From Tubulanus polymorphus (taxonomy: Eukaryota > Animalia > Nemertea), in contig NC_134031.1 in the NCBI RefSeq assembly GCF_964204645.1, forward strand, positions 17,285,807 through 17,349,806: a stretch of DNA of 64,000 bases, in the 5' to 3' direction. The translations under genes and the position numbers were made by a program. Numbering within the stretch: position 1 is the first letter of the stretch; each line of letters opens with the position of its first letter. The notes beneath the pieces were generated by a model. The model was not told the origin of the DNA. It saw only the letters and a program-made list of their open reading frames with translations, and did not search any database. This document shows, in pieces, positions 11,715 to 24,000 of this stretch.

Positions 11715-14700
11715 TTACCACGGTCGCCAACAGGGGTCGCTGGGGTCAGTGACGCGATTAGTGTCTGCTTTATCGGGTGAACCGGAACTGGAACTGGCAG
11801 CCGGACTAGTTGTGAAGCCGCTTGGCGACGAGCCAAGCGAAGCAGACGATTTCGTTGACGGTGATGTATCGGATGAGGTGACGGTTGATTTTGGCGTTTC
11901 GGGGAGGTTGCACATGTTTGAACCGCTAGGAGGCGAGCTTTCGTTCTTTATCCAGTTTATCTGGTGACTGTTGCTATTGAGCGGTGTCATGTGCAGACTG
12001 TTGGCGGAGTTAACCGGTGAATTTTCTTTCGACGAGGAATACGATTCGACCGGGGACACGGGCGAGTAACGCATAGGCATCGGGCTACAGTACATATTCA
12101 TAGGCTTTTGTTCTAATGGCGATGATTTCTGATTCACCATAGTGTTCATTACTGGCGTCTGCGGCATCGACATGGCAGGAACCCCCATCACCGGGGTTGG
12201 CGTTGCGATGCCGTTATTTTGTCCGTTGTTAAAGATTGGCAGCACGCAATTCGGTATTTGATTCGAGTTGTTCAACATTGTCTGCGGAATGACGAATGCC
12301 AGATCACCATTGGGTAACCTGGTCGGTACGAGTTGGACTCCTTGTTGACCTTGGGTCATAGGAACGTTTACGGGCATCGTTGTATTCGGTAAAATGTTCG
12401 CCGGTGTTTCGCGGTTCATCTGTCCGAGCACGTGTGGGTTTGTCGGCGGGTTCGATATTTTCTTCAAGTTGGTCATCGTATTAGCGAGATGATTCAGGAG
12501 GCGAGCTCGTATTTCTACGTCTAAGCCTTCTAACGAGCCCAGATATCGAGTCACTTCGGTGGCGCACTCGTTGAATCCTGCCGAGTATTTGCCGAGTACA
12601 GACGGATCTTGCGATACGGCACCTGAAATGATAAAAACATATGAACAATGAGTAATATGAAAACTTAAATACAGCTAATGACTGATAAATAATCAAATTA
12701 CGATGTTATCAGGCATAAACATTTTTGGCGCTTTCCCACGATTGTGTCGTTTGAAAAACATAATGGTCGAACCCGGTAATTCATCTGGGATTGGTAAGCA
12801 CTTGTGTGTACGCTGCCTGTTATAAGTTGAACAGAAAGTAAACACATTTCACTGTGTAGAGTTTGTGTCGTTCTTTGTCACCTTTTGAGCCAGGAGAGCA
12901 ACTTGGCATAGCCTAGTTCACAACGTGACGTCATCTAGATTTATATTCGATGGGAAATTATACTCTTTCTCTCTCGAGACTTTTACTACGCGCGTGAAAA
13001 GGCATTCTTTCCACAATTAGATTAGAAAATGAAAGAAAAAATACCGAGAAATCGGTTGACGCGTTGTAATCGAAAATTAGGAGAGATATTTCAAGTATTA
13101 AAGCTTTTTTTTAAAGTGCCGAACAAAGACCAACCCAAGATTTCTATTTCTTTTTCTAGACTTTTTACTTTTCATGAATTCTAACGCGACAAAAATCAGA
13201 TTTGGCGCCAGAAATGATGTTATGTTCGTAAAATGCACTTGACAATCGCTGGCAAGACGCTCGGATAGACACGATGAATAGGGTCATTCATCGCCGTGAA
13301 CACGGAGAAGAATGCAACCCGGAGGCTGAGCGTATAGAACCACCTGATTGCCTACACGACAGGTCCGAAAACTCGAATGACAGGTCCTTTTCAAGACAAT
13401 AATTGATCGCGAAGAAATGATGTTTTTAGTACGAAACCCCCTTTTCATTCAGTAATTTAAAAGTTTGCTTCACCCCGCCAGATCATTCACATCATAGAAA
13501 TTTGAAATCGTCGAAAATGCATGATGGCCAACGGTTTTTGGACGCGCTGCGCGCACTAGCTTCGTTGGGCTTCTTTTTTAACCTATGGCGGCGTCGCACG
13601 CAAAAGTTTTGAAGGCGTAGTAACCAGATTGAAAAAATCACGAGGCTTCAACGGACTGAACGAGGTAACGGATGGAGTGCTCTTGATTTTCGAGATGCGC
13701 TCAAGACCAATCCATTGACAAAAACCGGGATGCTTTTTATCGTGAGAAAATAAAAGAGTTTGGCGCGTATCGTAGGGACACGTAATCATGCCGATTTGTC
13801 GGCTCGATCGAAAAATATAAGAGACAAATTGAGTGTTGTAGAGTGTCCTTGCCGGATACTTACTAGTGAACTGTTGTCGTTGGATTTGCCGGAGATGTTT
13901 TACGCTCATTTCGAGGATATCAGCTTTCTCCATTCTATTGGCTGGTCTTCCGCCCTGAAGTGGCAAAGGTACACGATTATAATGTAGGTTGAGTTTACTA
14001 TAAGTATTTGGCTCAGGAACCCGTGAGAAACGAAGGGAGTTTGAAAAAAATATGTTTGTTAACGGAACATATCTATCCACCTGTTTGCTCAGGTTTTTAA
14101 GTCTAATACTTTAAGCGAAATGTTAGGTCAGGTGCAATCTCCAAATGAATACACGATGGCAAATAAAAAGTACGCTTTATGATAAACTGAGAATTATGAG
14201 AATGAACCGTATGTATACATATATAGAAATCAAGACTAATAGAAATCAAAATTGTCGAAGGCTTGCTTTCCCTATGTGCGGTACAATTACAGGTAATTTG
14301 GAGTTTTATTGTTGCCAATAATTGTCATTCAGACAAATGCTTGAATGCAGAGACGCCAAAAAGCGAAAATTGCTTGTCGTAGTAATTTTTGCATAGAAAG
14401 ATGAAGGCAATCATATTTAAGTATAATCGGTGTCACGCACTAATGCTCACGTCACTTTCGAGAGTTTCGTATCCGGGGCGGTCCACCTGCAGAAGTTTGT
14501 CATACCCCACACGTGCATATCTATACCAGGAAGTGTTATAGACATACCGACTCTACAAGGTGGCACCAGGAAATCCGAAACCCGACTCAAGACGACAAGA
14601 TACATATTAGAATAATAGAAAAGCGTATATTTACCTCTTTGCGCATGACCTCCAACAGAATAGCTTTCAGTTCTAATAGGCTAGCATTGATTCGAGCCCG

Positions 14701-15086
14701 TCGTTTTTTCTCCATAACCGGTTTTGAACTCTGAAAATTGTTTGGGGAAAACATAAGTTAATGCAGATCCGAAATGATCGGTTTAAGTAACAATATTCAG
14801 TTAAGTGCTATGTCATATCAAGAAAGGTTTCATCTAAAAGTTGAACAGTTTTATCTTAAGAGCTGTTGTTAAAACAACGCGGTTAATCTTTTTCTTTTTC
14901 AAAGAATCTGTTAACAAGAACTTAAGAAATAAACAATGCAAACTTTGCGTGATTTACGTAATGAAATTCGAGAAATTACAGAAATTATTCACATACCTTT
15001 CGACGCTCAGATGAACTTTGGAAGAAACCATCAGCACAGGAGTCATCTCTGTTTTCCTTCAGGTTAGAGTCAGATTCCATCTCCAT
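11715..15086 (-). CDS. Hes: Hairy/Enhancer-of-split (HES) bHLH-Orange repressor, ~394 aa, 4 exons
   Basis: Exons 15086-14997 (...SSERRK; alternative in-frame ATG at 15113), 14730-14635 (SSKPVMEKKRRARINASLLELK), 13954-13864 (MEKADILEMSVKHLRQ) and 12622-11715 (Orange domain KYSAGFNECATEVTRYL...RLLNHL; C-terminal WRPW). All introns GT-AG, phases consistent. Confidence 0.97.
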
Positions 15087-18000
15087 CTTATACTTCTCGT
15101 GTATCAAATGCATTCAGTATAAGCAAGTAATATAATCCAGGCCTGGTAAGAGTTCGATGAAGGTCAGTCAAAAACTGTTGTCTTCGCAAAAGTCTTCAAT
15201 TTGTCTTTCGCACGCAGCTGACGTGTCTCGCAGAGTGAGAGAGAGAGGAGCGACCGCGACCGAAATCAGTGTTGGAATGAGATGAACAGGTTGTGTCACA
15301 GGTGGATTATTACACCGGCACAGGTGGTTGCCAGTCGCTCATTCGCTCAGCCACCCGCTGACGTCATAATACACCTCCGACGCGACTTCAGGTGCATCGG
15401 CGATGGAATCTAAACCCACGTGATCGGCAGTCCGAACGAATGGCCGCCTGCATTATTCAAACTCGTTCTCTCGCTCGCTTCTATTCTACTAGGCCCCTAA
15501 TGATTGACTTTTTAAAAAGAAAATCACCACGCCCTTGGCCAGCTTACTAAAGTGTGGAAAATAAGTATTCAGACTCGATGAAGTGGGAACTGTCGTCCTT
15601 AACCCCGGCCCGAGAAGTGTCGTAAAGCGTGTCTTGAGTGTGCGTGACATCAGCACTCCACGTTCGAGCGCATTTCAGCGCCTTTCAGCTTAACTTGATA
15701 TGTCGATTCAAGAGTTAAGCCGAAACCTATTTACGACAATCTAAAATTCGACGACTGCTGAAAATAAATTGAATGTGTAAACAGTATGTAGAGGCTCGCA
15801 CGTACATACGAATACGAATTGGAATGTGTGAATCTGAAAATAGATTGAAAATATTAAAGCTCATATCATAACTCAAGACTCATCTCATTGGATCACTAAA
15901 TTGTTCAAACTTAGATTTGAAATTCATCAAAGTAAACTTTATAACTGCCTTCCAATTAACTAATTACAATCATTTATGCAGTAATGAATGACACGTAATC
16001 CCACAATAAACCTTATCAATAAAATAGAAGAAGCTGATAAAGTAAGCTATGTGATTCGAAGAATCGAAAGCTCATTTTAAGCGAATTCCCATGATGACCT
16101 GTCGAACTTGAGATCTACATCAATTTCGGTATGGTCAGTCTCACGTGTCTATTGGTTATTTCAATAAATATCAATTTTTATCAAGGCAAGTTGTGAGAAA
16201 ATGAAAAACCTCATAAATGTACGTATATATATGGATTTTGAAGAGATGATGGTACACCGGTTGAACAATGTGATTTCTGCTTGGATGCTGTTCGGGAATA
16301 CAAGGAGCGCTTTTGTAATGGATGATAGAACCTATTGGCGCATTCACAGTAGCCGGTCAACAATTCATTTGGGATGAACAACTACTTTTTTGAATTCGCT
16401 AAATTCTCCGGGTCGTTGCTACCAGCCTCGAGAACAGGCCGGTAGTCGGTTGCAATTCACTTCTAGACTACGAGTGGCCCGGTAAACTCAACTATTCGGG
16501 GGTCAAGTTGAAATTGAGAATCGTGTCTGTTGATCCTTGCTCATTTTGTCGCGTCGCAAAAAATGCCCTTGTGCAAAAGTATATTCAAAATATGCATATA
16601 ATGGAGAAATGCCGTCAGGGATATTAGAATGTGAATATTAGAATATTTACTATCTAACTGGCGTTTCCAAGTTCCATAGCCCTTGATCAGAATGAAAATG
16701 AAGTTCAAATTAAGAACGTCTCGCAGAACGGTAGAAAATCCTTCATTTTCCGATCTCATTCTAAAACAGTGAAATAGTCGAGAATGCACGATGCCAACGG
16801 CCAACTATAAGACAAAGTGAAAAAGGCTTTTCTATATATTGTTTTTCGAATTTTGTATCGTCAAAAAGGTAGGGAGCGATAAAATCTTCAAAAGAAGCTT
16901 TTTGAAATAGTTTGTATAAAACCTGTTGGTATGTGGAATTTCGAAAATCTAAGAAATGATTTTCAGTACATAACGATCAAGATGGGCGTAACGGTCTCAC
17001 GCTCAGCATGATACATTTGATGTCTGGCCTCACGTCAATGCGTCAGGTAATCGAACGCTCCACCAGCGTGGACTTCAATTTTGTCACGTTCTCATTCAAA
17101 AAATTGGCATTATTCAAAGCACATTAAACTGCATTTCCTGGGATTGAGTCAGACATCACCTATGGAATGAGGAAGTATCGCCACAATAGCCGACGGTTGG
17201 ATTTCAAATCTCGGCACAAATAAAAATGTAAACTCCATGCACTTGTCGTAAGGTTGCACACATGAGGAAGTCGCGACAAAGCCATTGAATGGCTGGTGTT
17301 TTGAGAGGTCTAGTACGACGCAAACAGGTTATTCATCGGGGCTTCACCGCCGCGGGATGAATGTTCGAACGAAAGATGTTTGTCAAAGCCGTTCGGCGAT
17401 TTATGGATTCCAGCCTCAGCCGATGAATGCAACCTGTTTTGAGGATACCTACCTGCTAGGTAGATAATAGTATCGTATTGTAAGATAATACGAATCCAGG
17501 GTTTCGCGCTATAGCTTAACTCAGAGTCCGAAATAACGCAAACAAATTCAGCCAATTCAGAATGAAACATTGTAGACTTTATTCGCCGCAATTTATAGGC
17601 CTCTAGTTGACTTACGCCGAATAACCAAACATTACGTAAAAGGGAACAGATATTATATATCCGATGATTATTTGAGTTCGGGAATGCATAATTACGCGAT
17701 TGAGCGTCAAACCCGGAATATTTTGTCCCGCTTTCTTTTGGCAAAATCATATCGATTAATCTTTTATCGTTTTGGTCAAACACGATCACGAACAGATAAA
17801 GCTACCGCGTGCGTGCACACCTGGCAATGTGCAAATATCGCTGAAATATTTGTGTCATTTCTTATCATATGCTGAACATAACACGATGTCAAAGTCTAAG
17901 ATGACGTACGTACTCGGAAAAGCTGCCAAACGCATCAAGACACCATCTCGTTTTAGAACGAAACTAAAACGATAGATATTACCCGATGATTCTATGCTAC

Positions 18001-21000
18001 TACAGGAAAAATACGTTCAGTCAAAATATTTTGGGGCAAAACCGACATCCTTGTATGATAATCCACTGTGCGGATGTCGAAGTGGGGAAACCTTTGAACA
18101 AGAACGAACAAGGGCTATACATCCCGATTATGAATAATTGCTTAGATGCTTATAGATCTATTTTTCGAAGGGCTTCTGTACGTTTAATTCCTCTTTGTAA
18201 CAAAACCGTAGTCATTATCGTTGGGATTATGTTCGTTTCAAAATATTCTTCCTTACGTAATGACTATAGTATCAACAAATTAACAAACCAGGAAAGGGAA
18301 GCCGAAGTTCCATCAGAAAGATATTTATTTATGACACAATAAACTACATTAATGCCGATAGTTGATATTTTCATGTTTTCACTGGGGATAGAAACGAAGT
18401 TTCGAAGTATTGGAAAACCAGGGGAAAGTGGCAGGAATAATGATTAAAACGTTGATTGATATGCGATATTCGCGAATCAACTCGTTTTCGATTGTAAAGC
18501 CGTGAGAAAATGTGTACGCTTCATGATTTTGGAGCCGTCGTCGATTTGTCTTCTTTTAGATAAATTAACGTATAGGAATCAAATCGCTTGAAAATTAATT
18601 GTTGACGGCAGTATGTGGGTCTTATTCTTCATACATTAATCAAACATTTGAAAAAGCAGCGATTTACCGGCATGATTTCTAAGCGTTTAAACACGGCATA
18701 AAAGAACGTCAAATAAAAGATATCGGTTCTTAACAACCTTAGACCTGTATGCAGAAGTCCTATATATTCTGATGCGGGTATCATGTCATTGAATATACCA
18801 AATAATCTGATTACATTATTTGACTCTTCTCGTGCGACCATCCTAAAAAGATCGGAAAGGACTATAACGTCTAAAAGAGGCATTCATTTGATATAGGTCA
18901 AAGTTTAGATTGTAAATCGTAAAAATTGCCGCCAAGGGCAACTGCCAAATTTCATCAAAATCTACAATTAAATCTCAAAGGCCAGTTGAAAGAAAACCAT
19001 CTAAACGAATAGGTATCATTTTGATTAGATATGTGAATAAAGATTCTACTCCGTGTAGGAAATTATCAAGATTCTCAATATCTCGACATTTCAATTTCCT
19101 TTTTAGACTTTTGATAATGAAACCAGATCGTCTATAGGACGAAAATGCATTGCGAGAGACATTGGACTAATCAAACCTTGCTAGAGCCAAAGACTCAAAT
19201 TCATACATTCTTATTTTCAACTCCGAAAATACAAAGGTTTCATAATCATAACCATTGATTAAAACGGCTTGAAGGACACTTTTCGGTTTTCATCTTTCTC
19301 GTTTTATTAGTATGGGATAAGTTTCATTATCATTTCTAAAAGACTTTTAATCAAGAATCGTACTTCGACAACCGGAGCAGGTGATAAACGACCAATAAGA
19401 GCACTTGTCCATATTCAATATCAGAGTTCGTGTGGTCAGTTGGACACGATTTTTTGTCCATGTTGACTGATATATAGCACACCTACAAACTGAAGTGCAA
19501 AGTTGAGTAGATACATTCAAATCTCTTCTCAGTTGCTAAGTAAACACCTCTGTGCAAAAATCGATGCGTATTTACAATATGTCTATCATTGAAGTAAAGC
19601 GGAATCGTTCGGCGGTTGATGCAGTTGAAGCAGCTCATTTTCAGCAACCGCAGTTGCAAGAAAGCGATGCTCGTACTAAAGGAGCCTAAATCCCTCCAAC
19701 TGTTTGAGCTATTTCGAAAACAAAATCTTCGATAGGTGTTTTAGATGGGAAATTTTCAATATCACTTCACGTTGCTTTATGGGGGAGATAAGGCAAAACC
19801 GACAAATATTTTACACACGCTGGTTGGTACATATAGACATTGAATAGCTATCGCGTGGAAACCTGATATCGTGAGCCGGGGCAAAGTCGCCAGCATATAA
19901 ACACTCGATGAGACCTTGCCGACGAATTCTAGGGCAGGGCAGTATCAGTTTAATCCGAATCAGGCGACGGCGATTCACTTCAGTTGGGCTTTGCTTTTGT
20001 TCGCTTAGATTACGACCGTGTTGAAACGTGATATCTGATACGAATATCTCAATTTTCAATTCGCTTGAAGTATAGTCTGAAGTACACGGTCACATTCAGG
20101 TAATTGTCCATTTTCGCTGCTGAGATTGTATTGAGGACATTTCTACTCAAATATATGAGATATATTGTTCGACGGAGCTTATGAATTTGAATATATTTCG
20201 CCTTGTGTGATTGATGAAAAGTGACCCGACTTCAATATGCTAAAGTACACTGTCAACATCGATCTTTCTCTCATACCTCTTTCCCCCTTGATGGTCAAGA
20301 ATTCTTCAGAATCTTACTTCACAATGATCAAGTTGTTTAAAATGTATCACGTCCACGTATCCATGTACAACCAGCCCTGTCTCAATCGAATAGTTTACCA
20401 GAAAAATTGGGGTTTATTCCAATTGATATAAGGCATCAGATGTTTGCTCTCGACGCATTTGCATTTTTTGAATATCATATTCGTAACTGCTAAAAAACAA
20501 GGTCTTTCAATTCAACGTTATTTCAACTGGCCAATTCAGCATTTATCACCCAAACAAATTCACTCCACCATTTAACGAGAATGTTTGCGGTTTTTTATCT
20601 GACCAAATACCAATTATATTATGATATAACACGACACTTTTAACTTCAAGTGATGATACCTTCAAATCAGCGCTTCTAAAGAAATGTAAATAATGAAAGA
20701 TGATATCGTATGTTATGCTAGTTATGCGGGTAAAACCTTTTCTTATGATTTTTTTCTAAATCCGTTTTTAAAAGGTCAACAGTTTGAACTGGTTGTCCGT
20801 TAAATGGACCAGTGTAGAAATGCAAACTTATTCGAATTCAAAAAATCGGGGATTGGTCGAACGTTCTTTGCAAGGGGTTAAGTTGTTTGAATGAAAAGAC
20901 TCCATCTCGTCCCAGACACGGCCATAAAGGGCGCCCTGACCCCGAGCTGGTGATTATTTGAATTTCCCGGTTCTCTTGTCGCTCCCAGCTAGAAATGGGA

Positions 21001-24000
21001 GCAAGTTGTTGTTCTCGTTGGCTCTTTGCATTGTTCAGGTCTTAAGATGCACCGACCAACCTGCTCGTTGAGTTTCAATGCATTTCAATAGGATATTTGT
21101 CGTATGTATTGTCGACGCGAATCTACCTGTTCCCACCATCCGTAACAATGCACCATCACCACCGCCCGAGATGTAAATCAAAACTTCCATAGGATATAAA
21201 AACGTCATTGATTTGAAAAGGTCTCGAACGGTTTCAATTTAAAAAGTGCATAAGTGCTGCTGAAGTGAGATCTGGCGACGAGCCGCGCGGTCAGTCCGCA
21301 CGTTTGTAGCCCACGAGACAGGACCGCGTCCCGGCCAACATCCGAAATATCCTGCCCGCCACTCTCATGTTCATTCAAAAGATGCCAACTCAATTCTGCG
21401 CTGGATTTTTTTTTACAACTTGAACCATTTTCAACGAAATGTCATGCACAGGTGTACAACAACTACTTTTGGGCTCAGTGAGACATCAACTTAACATAAT
21501 TGATGGTGTATCTTATATCCGCATGTAAATTGTAAAAAAGCTTACATTTGAATCTGGAAGTTCGAGTTGGGCGATTATATAAGGTCTAAAAGATGTCATA
21601 TTTTGAAATCACTCAAATGTAGATGATCTCTATAAAATGAAATCTAATCGATATTCTATGTCAAATGGTATGATGAATCAAATGAATGATATCTTAAACT
21701 ATTACTTAAAATACTTTCATCGAACGTTTTGGTCGAAATGAAACCACCGGGCAACGGGCGAAACCCCGGTCTTGAGTTGAAGAAAACATAAAAAATATAA
21801 AGAAAACTTCGACTCATTTCTATAAGGCATTTTCCAAACTTTAAAAAATGGCTCACAAGATTCAATTTTTCTCCAACCGAATTATGCAGTCCCTTGTCTA
21901 ATGAAACTTACCCGATGCATTCATTTGACAATGGTTAATTTGACCTATGGATGCTATTTAGTCAACATGGGATATATTGAGGTATCATGATTTCGCTTAG
22001 ATTCATTTCATCTCGGATAATCGTCTGCTTATTCACCTATACGTGAAAAGTGTATCAACGTTGTAAAAAATGAACTGTCCTTCACATTTGATGTTGTGAA
22101 CAGATTTAAAAACACATAAATCTTCGCATATTTTTTTGCGACAGCATACTGAGATGCGTCTTTTGTAACGCGACTATAAGAAGGAATTCACCGCAAGTTC
22201 ATCTCAGTGTTGTTCGACGCTTACTTTTTTTCTTCTCGAGGTCATTCTTAAATCATATGAAGTCATCCTTTGATCTGTCAAAATAAACGACGATCTTTAG
22301 CATCCTTGATGGCGAAAGAAACGTCCGGGTTTCGTCGCATATTCGATTTGTGGTTTCCGCGGTAAGGTATAATACAACGTCTCCGCTATGATTAAAAAAA
22401 AACCGCTGTTAAGAACAACGCAAATAAAAGCGTTTCATACGAATCATATAGACACATTTTTTAAAGTCTTCTTGAGCTATAAGATGGATATTTCGGTGCT
22501 TGGCTTTGGCTTGGTGACTATTCCCATGGGAAAAGCAAACGCAACACATTCACTAGCTATACGTACATATTTACCCCTCTTCGGAAGTATTTCAACACGC
22601 ACAACCATAATAGCATAACACTTATATTGCATTCACAAGTAATTGTGGACGTTTTCTTATGAATATGAGAAGGTTTTTTTTTCCATTGAGCCGAGCATTT
22701 ATAGGCCCAATAAACTTAGTTCTAGCCGAATGCACCATCAGTTATTTTGTAGATAAATGTACGAAATCATAAATTCCTATATAGATACTATAAGATGCAT
22801 CTTATGATTAGATTCGAATATATCGTGCATTACGTAATCATTATAGAGAAATTATTAACAGATTATCCGATAAGACTTTGTCTATTATCAATGCTGTGGC
22901 CACCTCAGTATTGAATCAATAGATTATATACTACATTATAGTATATCATTATCAGATTTATGATGCGTGTATATATATATATATATATTATAGAAATGGC
23001 CGTATTAGATCGGCAGAGGCAATAAACTTATAGATACCGGTATCAGATAACAAACGGCCTTTGAAAACCAGTGGACTGGTGATAGAGCTTATTAGAAACC
23101 GGGCTTTCTATATAAGATACCGGCTGGTTATCTTTGTTGTCTAAAGTCAATAGGATTCTTCAATAAAGCAGGGAACTAAATACGTTTTAGTCTAAAACTT
23201 TTACGGTCTTATATTCTGAAGGATAGCTTCGGATGTATGGTCCTGGGTGTGTATTGCGTTTTGAAGTTGTCGGCGTTCTTGAGACCGGGCAGTTTTGATA
23301 AAGTTTCAAAGATCCCTAAGACGGAAATCAGCCGACAATGATTTCAGTTTCTTTTTCGGCGTTTGATGCGTCGCGTTTTTACGATCTCATAAAAGTTATT
23401 CAAGTTTACACGATGCTTGATAAATCATTAGTCCAACGACGATTCCCACGATCCGACCAAGACTTCGAATATTATGTATATTTTTGTTCACTGCTATTTT
23501 TCCCACCATATTATCATACCACTCCTAAGACGACGATAAATCATCGAAGACAACCACTGACCATCGATTAGACCATCATTACACTGAAAAGTGCATTTGA
23601 CCACGTCTTCGATCCACAAAAAGTAAACTATGACCGTGCTCAGAAGCGATGCATCTGCGATAACTGAATTGTATTCGTGTCAGAGTCTAGAGAAGAACTA
23701 CGCATAAAATCAATTGAGAAAAACTGCACTAAAAGAGGACCTTGTCGCAAATATCCGAAATAAACGACACATCTATGAACACAATGGGTGTCCGCGATGA
23801 CCACCGCCCCGACAATGTATTCGTATGCAAAATATTTTTGGCCAATCTTTTTATTTGTACTGATCTAAAGTGCGCGGTCCGAACGACTTAATCTAAATGG
23901 CCTCGCGTATTGTGTTTTTAAAATAAATAACCACCGCGAGGACATTGTGTGGTCAGCATCCGCCGGGTCTTGTGAGAACTGTCACGAGTAAACATATCAA

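Larger units (their letters stand above)
8847..18508. promoter_or_regulatory. Cluster of Su(H)/RBPJ sites around Hes
   Basis: YGTGRGAA at 8847, 9940, 10256, 12733 (rc), 13741, 14022, 16192 and 18501; AGTGGGAA at 15582. Confidence 0.5.

Noticed and set aside
13583-14080. 165-aa ORF as a complete gene, including a YSKL upstream of exon 3
   Set aside because: Only 13864-13954 is exon; the flanks are intronic and YSKL appears coincidental.
17310-17789. 159-aa minus-strand ORF
   Set aside because: No motifs, no convincing splice sites and a non-ATG start.
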